Shown in pieces: positions 47,751 through 54,711 of a stretch of 64,000 nt of DNA; the stretch's first letter is position 1, and each line of letters begins with the position of its first letter. The notes beneath the pieces are model-generated. The model made no database searches and had not been told where the DNA came from. It saw nothing but the letters and a program-made list of their open reading frames with translations. Source of the stretch: Escherichia phage LorandFenyves_Bas91. The stretch lies in sequence record PQ850614.1, one strand, 5' to 3'. The translations under genes were made by a program, and so were the position numbers.

Positions 47751-47980
47751 TCGCCTTTCTTAGCACGATCTTTGGCAGTTTTACCGGTGCGAATGCGATG
47801 GGAAACGTTAACCAGAGTGCCACCATCAACTACGGTAACGCTCTTGTTTTTAGCCAGATCGAACACAGTTTTCTCCGTGCCACCCAAGCGAATTTGCTTA
47901 GGCTCACTGAAGGTTTGGGTTGATTTGGATTGGAACTGGAACGGTTGACGGATTGCATCAATTGCACTTACTTTAGACAT
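47747..47980 (-). CDS. hypothetical protein (77 aa)
   Basis: Track ORF with a 4-nt overlap downstream. Confidence 0.55.
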   Translation of the reverse strand: MSKVSAIDAIRQPFQFQSKSTQTFSEPKQIRLGGTEKTVFDLAKNKSVTVVDGGTLVNVSHRIRTGKTAKDRAKKGE

Positions 47981-48052
47981 AGGGGAAATTCCTTAAAAAG
48001 TCATGGCTGCGTAGAGGGAATTCCCTACGCAAATTGGGCCGCCCACAGAGAG

Positions 48053-48070
48053 GCGTCATAGTACTAAAAG
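48053..48070. repeat. 18-mer GCGTCATAGTACTAAAAG, copy 1 of 2
   Basis: An identical 18-mer occurs at 55307-55324. Both lie just 3' of a minus-strand stop codon. Confidence 0.6.
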
Positions 48071-48086
48071 GAGGAGAGAAGAGGGC

Positions 48087-48203
48087 TTATTTAGCTACCT
48101 TTTTCTGTCCGTTTACGAACCAGATAATTGAACCGTCAGGCTGTCGTTGACCGAAGCCTTTCTGGTTAATCATATCGTCATAAGAATATGCTTTACGTCT
48201 CAT
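48087..48203 (-). CDS. small ORF (38 aa), hypothetical
   Basis: ATGA overlap with the stop of 48200..48460. Confidence 0.35.
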   Translation of the reverse strand: MRRKAYSYDDMINQKGFGQRQPDGSIIWFVNGQKKVAK

Positions 48204-48460
48204 TTGTTTTCCTGTGGAGTTAAGATAATTTCAGCTTTACTAAACTTCTCACCAACAACCATATCACCAGAGATGACACGCAGTTCTCCAGTGCCTAAGT
48301 TAACAGCTCCAGCAGGTTGACAGCCCCTGCTCTTAGCTGTAAGCATATAAATCTTTTGATCCTTACATTCTTGGAGTGTGAATACGTCAGCCATGCTTAG
48401 GTCTTTAACATGGAGGATTATTTCCTCCTTGCTTTTAACTTTAATGTGAATAGTGCTCAT
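48200..48460 (-). CDS. small beta-rich protein, 8-member paralog family
   Basis: Family pattern L..(G/A)D.F ... hydrophobic strand ... (V/C).NL..G. Here: LSMADVFTL...GAVNLGTGEL. Confidence 0.65.
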   Translation of the reverse strand: MSTIHIKVKSKEEIILHVKDLSMADVFTLQECKDQKIYMLTAKSRGCQPAGAVNLGTGELRVISGDMVVGEKFSKAEIILTPQENK

Positions 48461-48462
48461 GA

Positions 48463-48708
48463 TTACTCCTGAACCACTGACATACGAATCACTTCAACTG
48501 GGGCATCACTTTTCATAACACCTAATACACCAGTAAGAAGATTAACTGTCGTAATCCAACCATCTTCTACAGAGATTTTGTTGGACACATTATTGACACG
48601 GATGTAATACTGAGGGGATGCCGTTCCTCTCTGAACTACGAAAGGGTTTCCGGGAATAATTGTAGCCAGTGAAACCGTGTTATCTTTAATCTTTGGGATG
48701 ATCTTCAT
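48463..48708 (-). CDS. small beta-rich protein, 8-member paralog family
   Basis: IIPGNPFVV...ITTVNLLTGVL. Confidence 0.65.
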   Translation of the reverse strand: MKIIPKIKDNTVSLATIIPGNPFVVQRGTASPQYYIRVNNVSNKISVEDGWITTVNLLTGVLGVMKSDAPVEVIRMSVVQE

Positions 48709-48959
48709 TTAGAGTCCTTAATAACGTTAGCTTCAACCTTAACAGGAATAACAGAGATACCCTCTACCGGAGCACTTAGGAATCCATCTTCTAGATTGAC
48801 ACACACAACTCGATCTCGTGCAACTTCTACCCAATCAGTGCATTCCGCAGTACAAACCATATGCACTACACCGTCTTCTTTCAATCTAAAGGTATCACCC
48901 TTCTTCAGAGTGCGGAGCTTTGCCGTCTTGATGGTTTTGTTCAACTCGTTAACTTTCAT
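48705..48959 (-). CDS. small beta-rich protein, 8-member paralog family
   Basis: LKKGDTFRL...VVCVNLEDGFL. Confidence 0.65.
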   Translation of the reverse strand: MKVNELNKTIKTAKLRTLKKGDTFRLKEDGVVHMVCTAECTDWVEVARDRVVCVNLEDGFLSAPVEGISVIPVKVEANVIKDSK

Positions 48960-48967
48960 ATTGATTC

Positions 48968-49279
48968 CTATTTAAGTTTGAGGCTAATATTAAGGTGCAT
49001 ACATGCCCTGTTCTGTACAGCAGCATAACTTCTACCGAGCATGTCAGCCATTCTCTGAATAGACATGAACCCAGCATTACGGATAAGGAACTGGTCTTCT
49101 TCTTCAGACCACTTAACTCGGATTGAAGCTCTTGATATTCCGAACTTAGTGCAAGCTGTGTTAACAGCATTCTCCGTTACATTCATAATCTGAGCAACTT
49201 CTTGAACCGAGTACTCTTTGATCAATCTCCGAAGATTTTCAATCTGCATCGGAGTCCATATAGTTCTTCGTGCTTTCAT
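48968..49279 (-). CDS. DNA-binding protein with two Myb/SANT-like HTH repeats
   Basis: Start moved to ATG 49279 (GGAGGA RBS). Repeats WTPMQIENLRRLIKEYSVQEVAQIMNVTENAV and WSEEEDQFLIRNAGFMSIQRMADMLGRSYAAV. Confidence 0.6.
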   Translation of the reverse strand: MKARRTIWTPMQIENLRRLIKEYSVQEVAQIMNVTENAVNTACTKFGISRASIRVKWSEEEDQFLIRNAGFMSIQRMADMLGRSYAAVQNRACMHLNISLKLK

Positions 49280-49330
49280 ACATCCTCCAATTAAACATTT
49301 ATATAAGACTTGCTTAGATAAAGATTCAAT

Positions 49331-49358
49331 AAAATAGGGGGAGGGGACGAATCCTCCC
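49331..49358 (-). terminator. intrinsic terminator closing the structured ORF-free tract
   Basis: Minus strand GGGAGG-attcgtcc-CCTCCC followed by CCTATTTTATT. Confidence 0.5.
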
Positions 49359-49378
49359 ATATCCTATTAATTAAGTTT

Positions 49379-49503
49379 GCATGTAAGATCTAACAATCGG
49401 TTGCCTTTGTAGGAATAGGTGTAAAGCCAATCCAGCACTAAACTCCCGCCCCCTTAGTGGGCTGGGTTATTAAAGGGTAACGCCCTTATGGGCTAGTTAC
49501 ATG
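49379..49503 (-). ncRNA. candidate structured RNA (unclassified)
   Basis: A long-range 7-bp helix CATGTAA/TTACATG encloses ~110 nt. Inside is a 10-bp bulged hairpin (49431-49465) and short GC hairpins. No ORF. A terminator lies downstream. Confidence 0.35.
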
Positions 49504-49569
49504 AATGTTAGTTTGATAGGAGATCTGAAGTCCTATCTCAAAGGACTCTCGTAAGAATCCTTCACGATA

Positions 49570-49701
49570 TTACTTATTCATTTTTCGTCGGCTATCTCTC
49601 CAAGCCAACCAAGTGTAGGTTTTCAACTCTTCTAAACTTTCTGGAGTGAATAGGTATTCTTTGAAGGTGTCACTAAACCACTCTAAAAATTCTTCAGTCA
49701 T
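49570..49701 (-). CDS. small ORF (43 aa), hypothetical
   Basis: Below the track threshold. MTEEFLEWFSDTFKEYLF... Weak RBS. Confidence 0.35.
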   Translation of the reverse strand: MTEEFLEWFSDTFKEYLFTPESLEELKTYTWLAWRDSRRKMNK

Positions 49702-49710
49702 AATAACATC

Positions 49711-49956
49711 TCATTTCTTAGGTAGAATAATATCCCACAGCCATGCCCACAAAATAAGTGATATAAAAATCACAGCAATGATGGGCCATAGAAAAACTAT
49801 AATTGCTATCTTTGATAAGTTTGGTTCGTTATCCCACCCTCTGAACTCGATACTGCCCTTTACATCAAGATATCTTACCAGAGCTGAAACTATCACAATA
49901 CCTATCAGGTAAACAATCAAGACACTAACAGGACTGATCACAAGGTTGATCTCCAC
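49711..49956 (-). CDS. two-TMD membrane protein (start uncertain)
   Basis: ISPVSVLIVYLIGIVIVSALV and IAIIVFLWPIIAVIFISLILWAWLW. The GTG start lies inside the upstream Cys-rich ORF, and later GTG/TTG starts are possible. Confidence 0.55.
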   Translation of the reverse strand: MEINLVISPVSVLIVYLIGIVIVSALVRYLDVKGSIEFRGWDNEPNLSKIAIIVFLWPIIAVIFISLILWAWLWDIILPKK

Positions 49957-50098
49957 ATGTTTTACAAATCACTGGTGAATAACTACAGGCAGGATATACT
50001 GACACACCATCAAACGTTTCACACCTACAATCAGGGCACTCACCATTGGATTCCATGTCATCATCATCATACACTTCTCCACCACCATAACAGCTCAT
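49925..50098 (-). CDS. Cys-rich small protein (57 aa, 12 Cys)
   Basis: Below the track threshold. TAAGGAG RBS 5 nt before ATG. ...ECPDCRCE...ICKTCGDQPCDQSC. Confidence 0.55.
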   Translation of the reverse strand: MSCYGGGEVYDDDDMESNGECPDCRCETFDGVSVYPACSYSPVICKTCGDQPCDQSC

Positions 50099-50107
50099 AT
50101 GAACTCC

Positions 50108-50329
50108 TTAGTAAACTAAACCTATAGCCTTTGCATCAGGCTGAGGGACTACTTTTGCACTAGGGCGATAGCCATCCACTGAGCCATTCCAAAGATTGAC
50201 ACAGGTGATATACCCATCGTTCAAGTAGTCTGTTTTAATCCAGAAGTGTTTATCATGACCAAAAATACTTCCGTTTGGCAGAGTGGACAGCTCAACGGTT
50301 TTAAGCGACTGCTTAGAGTCTAGTTTCAT
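50108..50329 (-). CDS. small beta-rich protein, 8-member paralog family
   Basis: LPNGSIFGHDKHFWIKTD...ITCVNLWNGSV. Confidence 0.65.
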   Translation of the reverse strand: MKLDSKQSLKTVELSTLPNGSIFGHDKHFWIKTDYLNDGYITCVNLWNGSVDGYRPSAKVVPQPDAKAIGLVY

Positions 50330-50336
50330 AATAACC

Positions 50337-50585
50337 TCAATTATCGTAGCATGTATTCCAATACATGTAGTTAACGTACGTTCTCGGTTTGATTCCGTAC
50401 ATGATGAAGTGAGTCTTCTTAATCCTTTCCTTCAGCGTGTAATAAAGGCCATCACTGAAGTTACCAATCTTTACTTGGAAGCGTAAGGAGCGAGCATCCA
50501 TTCGAAGCATAGAGATTAGCTGTACCCTACTACCTCCAGCCATCTCTTCAAGAAGCTTCTTTGTATTCCAATAATGAGCTGTCAT
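50337..50585 (-). CDS. hypothetical protein (82 aa)
   Basis: Track ORF. Confidence 0.55.
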   Translation of the reverse strand: MTAHYWNTKKLLEEMAGGSRVQLISMLRMDARSLRFQVKIGNFSDGLYYTLKERIKKTHFIMYGIKPRTYVNYMYWNTCYDN

Positions 50586-50586
50586 A

Positions 50587-50868
50587 TTACCACTCCTTAC
50601 CGGTTGTTGTTACAGAACCACCACACCACTGCGCATCGGATAAGGTTTTAGTCTCCTCATCTACTGCTGCACCATTCAGGCATGAGATACCACTGTAACG
50701 CATATCAATTTCACCAGAAGGAACCTTCTCGCCCTTATGCCAGCGAGAAACACAAACACCTTCCACTGCTACTGCACACCATCCATCAGGACGGCTCTGT
50801 ACGCAGCCTGTAAGGGCCACACAGACAAGGAAGATACAGATTAAGGATATTACACCACCCCAACTCAT
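50587..50868 (-). CDS. lipoprotein (93 aa)
   Basis: Signal peptide with lipobox: ICIFLVCVALTGC. Confidence 0.65.
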   Translation of the reverse strand: MSWGGVISLICIFLVCVALTGCVQSRPDGWCAVAVEGVCVSRWHKGEKVPSGEIDMRYSGISCLNGAAVDEETKTLSDAQWCGGSVTTTGKEW

Positions 50869-50887
50869 AACTACCTCCTATTTGATT

Positions 50888-51002
50888 TGGTGGACTATCT
50901 GGAATCGAACCAGAAGCTCACTAAGAAAGTAATTCCCACTGTTATAAAAGCACTTGCCTCAACAGGGATACACTAACTCTGGTGCCGTACCCATACTAGC
51001 CC
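50888..51002 (-). other. 115-nt tRNA-like element (acceptor, D-arm-like and T-arm present; no canonical anticodon arm found by eye)
   Basis: 3' end TCTGG-TTCGATT-CCAGA + TAGTCCACCA. The 5' GGGCTA pairs with TAGTCC. It lies 11 nt downstream of tRNA-Arg on the same strand. The central ~64 nt does not fit a cloverleaf. Confidence 0.3.
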
Positions 51003-51013
51003 TTGTTTAAAAT

Positions 51014-51089
51014 TGGTCGGGACGGAAGGATTCGAACCCTCGTAAGGCGAGTTAGAAGCTCGCTGCCTGTTCCACTAGACTACGCCCCG
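51014..51089 (-). tRNA. tRNA-Arg(UCU): tRNA-Arg (anticodon UCU), CCA encoded
   Basis: Hand-folded 76-nt cloverleaf. Acceptor CGGGGCG/CGTCCCG. Anticodon arm GCGAG-CTTCTAA-CTCGC. T-arm GAGGG-TTCGAAT-CCTTC. Discriminator A + CCA. Confidence 0.85.
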
Positions 51090-51502
51090 ATAGATTTGAA
51101 ACCGTTATACTTACCTGCACATGATCTGTTACAAAAAGAATTTGCATATTTAACATTTCGCTTTTCTTTTTCAAAAGATCTTCCACAATAAGAGCAAACA
51201 ACTGAAATCATTGTTCTTCCAGTAGTTGCTTCTAATGTTGACTTCTTTCTGTGATTTTCTATGGAAAGTATCTGAAGATTAGATATGTCATCATTAGTTT
51301 TATTTCTGTCAATATGATCAACCTCCTCGTCTTCAGTTAGGTACCTGCCTATGTGACAAGACATTAAATATCTTGCGTAAGAAATGGTTGTCCTCTCCGT
51401 GTCGGTATTATACAAATCAACACGCTTCCTACCATCTCTGCTTGTTCTTAAGTAGCCCAATCGCCAGTCATTAACGAAGGGGTATTCTAACTCTATCTTC
51501 AA
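51080..51502 (-). CDS. HNH homing endonuclease
   Basis: EEVDHIDRNKTNDDISNLQILSIENHRKK plus a C-terminal CSYCG...CNRSC zinc motif. The last 10 nt overlap the tRNA 5' end. Confidence 0.8.
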   Translation of the reverse strand: MKIELEYPFVNDWRLGYLRTSRDGRKRVDLYNTDTERTTISYARYLMSCHIGRYLTEDEEVDHIDRNKTNDDISNLQILSIENHRKKSTLEATTGRTMISVVCSYCGRSFEKEKRNVKYANSFCNRSCAGKYNGFKSIGA

Positions 51503-51536
51503 AACCCCTCCATTGAGCTAAGGGTGCTGAGTTTGT

Positions 51537-51746
51537 TTAACTAAAGATACGCAAGGCCACATCGTGACCGATATGACCGGGAACTTTATGCTGTTCTATT
51601 TTCAAACAGCGCTTACAGACACGAGATACACGAGACTCTTTTCTCTCGACTGGAGTGTCTTTAGCGTGAGTGATTTGAAGGTTTTCAGTGATCACCCACT
51701 CGTGTTTACATCCAGAATCTTCGGGCTTTTTCTTACGAAAGAACAT
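51537..51746 (-). CDS. small Zn-ribbon protein (H-x-W...CxxC family)
   Basis: Start moved to ATG 51746 (AAGGGG RBS). CKHEW...CKRC. Confidence 0.55.
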   Translation of the reverse strand: MFFRKKKPEDSGCKHEWVITENLQITHAKDTPVERKESRVSRVCKRCLKIEQHKVPGHIGHDVALRIFS

Positions 51747-51754
51747 AACACCCC

Positions 51755-51919
51755 TTAGATCAGATCTGTTTTCTTGTGCAGACCACAAACTTTACAGCGA
51801 GAGTAGATACGCAACCCTTGTCGCTCTCTGTCAGTAAGTTTATTTGTGATCGTCAGTTCATAAGTAGAAAGATCTTCCCACTCATGGAAATGAAAGAAGC
51901 GTTTGAACCATTTGATCAT
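51755..51919 (-). CDS. small Zn-ribbon protein (H-x-W...CxxCG family, 54 aa)
   Basis: Below the track threshold. MIKWFKRFFHFHEW...CKVCG is a clear paralog of 51929..52090. Confidence 0.55.
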   Translation of the reverse strand: MIKWFKRFFHFHEWEDLSTYELTITNKLTDRERQGLRIYSRCKVCGLHKKTDLI

Positions 51920-51928
51920 AATGATTCC

Positions 51929-52090
51929 TTAGATTACATCACGATGACTAACATCACCACACACCTTACACTGAATAACGTAACGTGTGCCCTTGTCATT
52001 ATTCCCATCTGAATCTGTATAGACCAGAGGGCGAGTATCAATAATCTTCCAATCATGACAATGAAAGACACGCTTTAGCCACTTGAACAT
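51929..52090 (-). CDS. small Zn-ribbon protein (H-x-W...CxxCG family, 53 aa)
   Basis: Start moved to ATG 52090 (GAGGT RBS). MFKWLKRVFHCHDW...CKVCG. Confidence 0.55.
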   Translation of the reverse strand: MFKWLKRVFHCHDWKIIDTRPLVYTDSDGNNDKGTRYVIQCKVCGDVSHRDVI

Positions 52091-52097
52091 ATTAACC

Positions 52098-52349
52098 TCA
52101 AGCACAAGCAGGGAGTGTGATGATCTTATACTTACCATCAAACTCTCCAAATAAACCTAAGAATGTAGGACTGTAAGTACCAGTACAAACAAACTCATCA
52201 AACAATGCGTTATAGCTAGGCTTAATCTTCCAAGCCCATACATAACCCATCTTGTCAATTGCAATGTAACGAGTGTTCAGAGGAACAGTCATTATTACAC
52301 CATCAACTTCGATCACTTTAGTTATTGGTGCAGCTTGAAAGTTTTTCAT
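52098..52349 (-). CDS. hypothetical protein (83 aa)
   Basis: Track ORF with an ATGA overlap with the upstream small ORF. Confidence 0.55.
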   Translation of the reverse strand: MKNFQAAPITKVIEVDGVIMTVPLNTRYIAIDKMGYVWAWKIKPSYNALFDEFVCTGTYSPTFLGLFGEFDGKYKIITLPACA

Positions 52350-52522
52350 ACTTTACCTTTAATGAAAATGTCATTACCACATACACAGCATGAACGAACA
52401 ACAGTAGCGCCGCGCTGAACGATACGAACCTCTTCTTTAACCAGATTGACACGAGCACTACAACAAGGAGAGTTAACATAAGAGTAACCAGCTTGTGTAT
52501 TCTTGATTGTTTGCTTAGACAT
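52346..52522 (-). CDS. small Zn-ribbon protein (58 aa)
   Basis: Below the track threshold. AAGAGGAA RBS after a terminator. SPCCSA...SCCVCG. Confidence 0.5.
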   Translation of the reverse strand: MSKQTIKNTQAGYSYVNSPCCSARVNLVKEEVRIVQRGATVVRSCCVCGNDIFIKGKV

Positions 52523-52565
52523 TTGAGCTTCCTCTTGTTAGTTTAAGTAAGAGCTGACCCTTAAT

Positions 52566-52597
52566 TAAAACAACAAAGGCCGCCCGAAGGCAGCCTC
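52566..52597 (-). terminator. intrinsic terminator
   Basis: Minus strand AGGCTGCC-ttcg-GGCGGCCT followed by TTGTTGTTTT. Confidence 0.6.
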
Positions 52598-52600
52598 TCT

Positions 52601-52810
52601 TTATTGACTAACACCACGAATCAGATGATTCTGTAGCATTTCATCTTCTGCATTATACAGGAATGCAAACATCAACTCCTTAGCCACATCTCTTGAGCAA
52701 TTAAGACACTTAGAGATTTGCGTTAGTTGCATGTTGCGTTCTGTGTGTTCCATCAAGGCAATGCGAATGATCTCTCGCATACCTATCACATGGGTTGTCT
52801 TAACCGGCAT
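52601..52810 (-). CDS. small HTH-like protein (69 aa)
   Basis: Start moved to ATG 52810. MQLTQISKCLNCSRDVAKELMFAF resembles an HTH. The track start 52852 would overlap the upstream small ORF. Confidence 0.5.
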   Translation of the reverse strand: MPVKTTHVIGMREIIRIALMEHTERNMQLTQISKCLNCSRDVAKELMFAFLYNAEDEMLQNHLIRGVSQ

Positions 52811-52940
52811 AGGTCCAATTGCCTTGTTTGTTACGGATGGCTGACATTGCATGAATCCAGAAGCCTTCCAGTTTCAGAGCACCATTAGCTACTGCATCCA
52901 TACGTTCAGGGCGGTTCATACGTTTGGTTGATACTTTCAT
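52800..52940 (-). CDS. small ORF (46 aa), hypothetical
   Basis: Below the track threshold. GAGAGATAGG RBS. MKVSTKRMNRPERMDAVANGALKLEGFW... Confidence 0.4.
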   Translation of the reverse strand: MKVSTKRMNRPERMDAVANGALKLEGFWIHAMSAIRNKQGNWTYAG

Positions 52941-53183
52941 ACCTATCTCTCTTTGTTAGTGGAGGCATTATTGCCAGTTGATATAAGGGATAGCCCTAGT
53001 CAGTAGACTAATCCTGACCGCGTACTCATTGCCGACCTTCTCTGCCTAAGAGTTCAGGTTCTAGAGCTATCTCTTATTCCAACTGGTGAAGACTCCCTAC
53101 CCCTAGGAAGTCTCCTGAATCCCAAACCAATACGTACCCCTACATATCGGAAAGTCTTTCGAAAATTAACAGGTTTTAGTCTA

Positions 53184-53219
53184 ACACCGGATGTTCGAGC
53201 AAGCTCTCCCTAGCGGTGT
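53184..53219 (-). other. conserved stem-loop element, copy 2
   Basis: Minus strand ACACCG-CTAGGGAGAG-cttg-CTCGAACATC-CGGTGT. The outer helix sequence differs from copy 1, but pairing is kept. Confidence 0.5.
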
Positions 53220-53261
53220 GGCATATGCCTGAATTAATAAGTTAATGAGGAACACCCTCAC

Positions 53262-53289
53262 ATAGCCCTCTGATAAACACAAGGGCTAT
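53262..53289 (-). other. ATAGCCCT/AGGGCTAT hairpin after the gene stop (module copy 2)
   Basis: 8-bp stem 10 nt after the stop of 53299..53517. Confidence 0.5.
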
Positions 53290-53298
53290 AAGTCGGTG

Positions 53299-53517
53299 TT
53301 ACTTTTGGGATAAACACAGATCAGGGCGTGGCATAACAGTGGTTGATAGACCGAAAACTTCAACAGAACCACTATTCAGATTAGCGGCCTTGCACAAACC
53401 ATCAGGAGTTTTATCTTCTAACATTAGCCAGAAACGTCTATCGTAGGAGAAAACATCACCACTTTTAACATCTTCTGCATTTGCATATTTAGGATAATCA
53501 ACTACTTTAATTTCCAT
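53299..53517 (-). CDS. small beta-rich protein, 8-member paralog family
   Basis: VKSGDVFSYDRRFWLMLE...LCKAANLNSGSV. Confidence 0.65.
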   Translation of the reverse strand: MEIKVVDYPKYANAEDVKSGDVFSYDRRFWLMLEDKTPDGLCKAANLNSGSVEVFGLSTTVMPRPDLCLSQK

Positions 53518-53527
53518 CTACTTACCC

Positions 53528-53746
53528 TTATTGGTTGATGGTTAGGTGAACTAGCTTATTCACATGAGCGAAGTTAGGTAGGATTTGCATTTCATTATTG
53601 AAGATATTAAAACAACGAACCCCGCCCTCTACAGCATAAGCAGATTTCTGAAACAGACTACCTCCCCACACAAATACATCATGTGTTTCAAGAGATCGTA
53701 ACTGAACAGCCTCGTCAACAACCTTCTTTTCAATGTTCATAATCAC
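53528..53746 (-). CDS. small beta-rich protein, 8-member paralog family
   Basis: LETHDVFVWGGSLFQKS...VRCFNIFNNEM. Confidence 0.6.
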   Translation of the reverse strand: MIMNIEKKVVDEAVQLRSLETHDVFVWGGSLFQKSAYAVEGGVRCFNIFNNEMQILPNFAHVNKLVHLTINQ

Positions 53747-53997
53747 TTCCGATTAGTAATAACAACGTCATGAAGAAGAACAACCTTGCTTTTCGAGCTG
53801 AGCTTAAGGACTTGCTTGTTTGTTAGACTAAGGACGACACAACCACCATCAGAAGGCTTAGTCTCCTCGACCTGCGATCTAAACAGGTGAACAACCATGT
53901 AGAAATCTGCTCGTGTTTCCCTGATTTGGAATACATCTCCAAGTTTGAGATCACCAACACACAAAGACGGTTCATTTACTTCAAGATTAATCTTCAT
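53743..53997 (-). CDS. small beta-rich protein, 8-member paralog family
   Basis: LKLGDVFQIRETRADFYMVV...GGCVVLSLTNKQV. Confidence 0.65.
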   Translation of the reverse strand: MKINLEVNEPSLCVGDLKLGDVFQIRETRADFYMVVHLFRSQVEETKPSDGGCVVLSLTNKQVLKLSSKSKVVLLHDVVITNRK

Positions 53998-54250
53998 CTT
54001 TAACCTCTACCTCTACGTTGGTTATGTGGAGATCGTTACGAACTTGGCAGACCTCATTTCGGTTAATAGGGACAAGCTTTCCATAGACCACATCAACGCA
54101 TTTAACATGATAATCAGATGTTGAGTCTGTTCTGATATAGAGTTTTTCTCGGAAAGAAAACAAAACTCCCGGCCTCATGTTATTTAAACGAAGGTGATGG
54201 CCTGTTTCTTGGATATTAACTTTCACTGTTGATCTCCTGCTGTTTAGCAA
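53987..54250 (-). CDS. small beta-rich protein, 8-member paralog family
   Basis: MRPGVLFSFREKLYIRTD...VKCVDVVYGKL. Confidence 0.65.
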   Translation of the reverse strand: MLNSRRSTVKVNIQETGHHLRLNNMRPGVLFSFREKLYIRTDSTSDYHVKCVDVVYGKLVPINRNEVCQVRNDLHITNVEVEVKDED

Positions 54251-54512
54251 TAGCTACTCGCAAGTCTTCATTAGCACGAGCAAGGCGTTTAACTTCATGA
54301 TCAAGGCTGATAAGGCGCTTGTTTCTGTCTTCAACTTGCATAATAAGATCGTTGAGTGTTACTTTAACTTTCTCATTATACATCTCATCTACTCGGACAA
54401 GAGATTTATACATTCTCTCCCAGCTTGCTGCTTTGTTTCTTAGGATAATAAATCCTAGAACGCTGATAGTTAAACAGATTACAAAAAGGAATTTATATAC
54501 TTCTAAAGTCAT
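54216..54512 (-). CDS. N-terminally anchored coiled-coil membrane protein (98 aa)
   Basis: TMD FLFVICLTISVLGFIIL followed by a heptad-rich charged region. Confidence 0.6.
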   Translation of the reverse strand: MTLEVYKFLFVICLTISVLGFIILRNKAASWERMYKSLVRVDEMYNEKVKVTLNDLIMQVEDRNKRLISLDHEVKRLARANEDLRVAIAKQQEINSES

Positions 54513-54711
54513 ATTATTTACCCTTTATCAGAGATTAAAAGTAATATTATTTAAGTAAGTTATATTTAGTAAATTTATTTTCTAAGAAATTTTCAAAGGG
54601 TCTATATACAGAGCATTACCCATAGTCCCAGAATACTGCCATCTTTTTCAATAAATTTACTAAGTGGTTGGTTTATAAAGGAATTTAGTTTGTTAAATCT
54701 GGCACTAGAGA

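Noticed and set aside
48949-49170. 73-aa minus-strand track ORF overlapping the Myb-like gene, and the long N-terminal extension of 48968..49360.
   Set aside because: The 73-aa ORF is out of frame with the repeat-containing Myb-like protein. The extension runs through the terminator at 49331-49358, while ATG 49279 has a GGAGGA RBS.
50888-50914. Calling the second element a bona fide tRNA gene.
   Set aside because: Only the T-arm, acceptor-like pairing and CCA are convincing. I could not fold a canonical anticodon arm or variable region by hand. It is reported as tRNA-like, pending tRNAscan-SE/ARAGORN.
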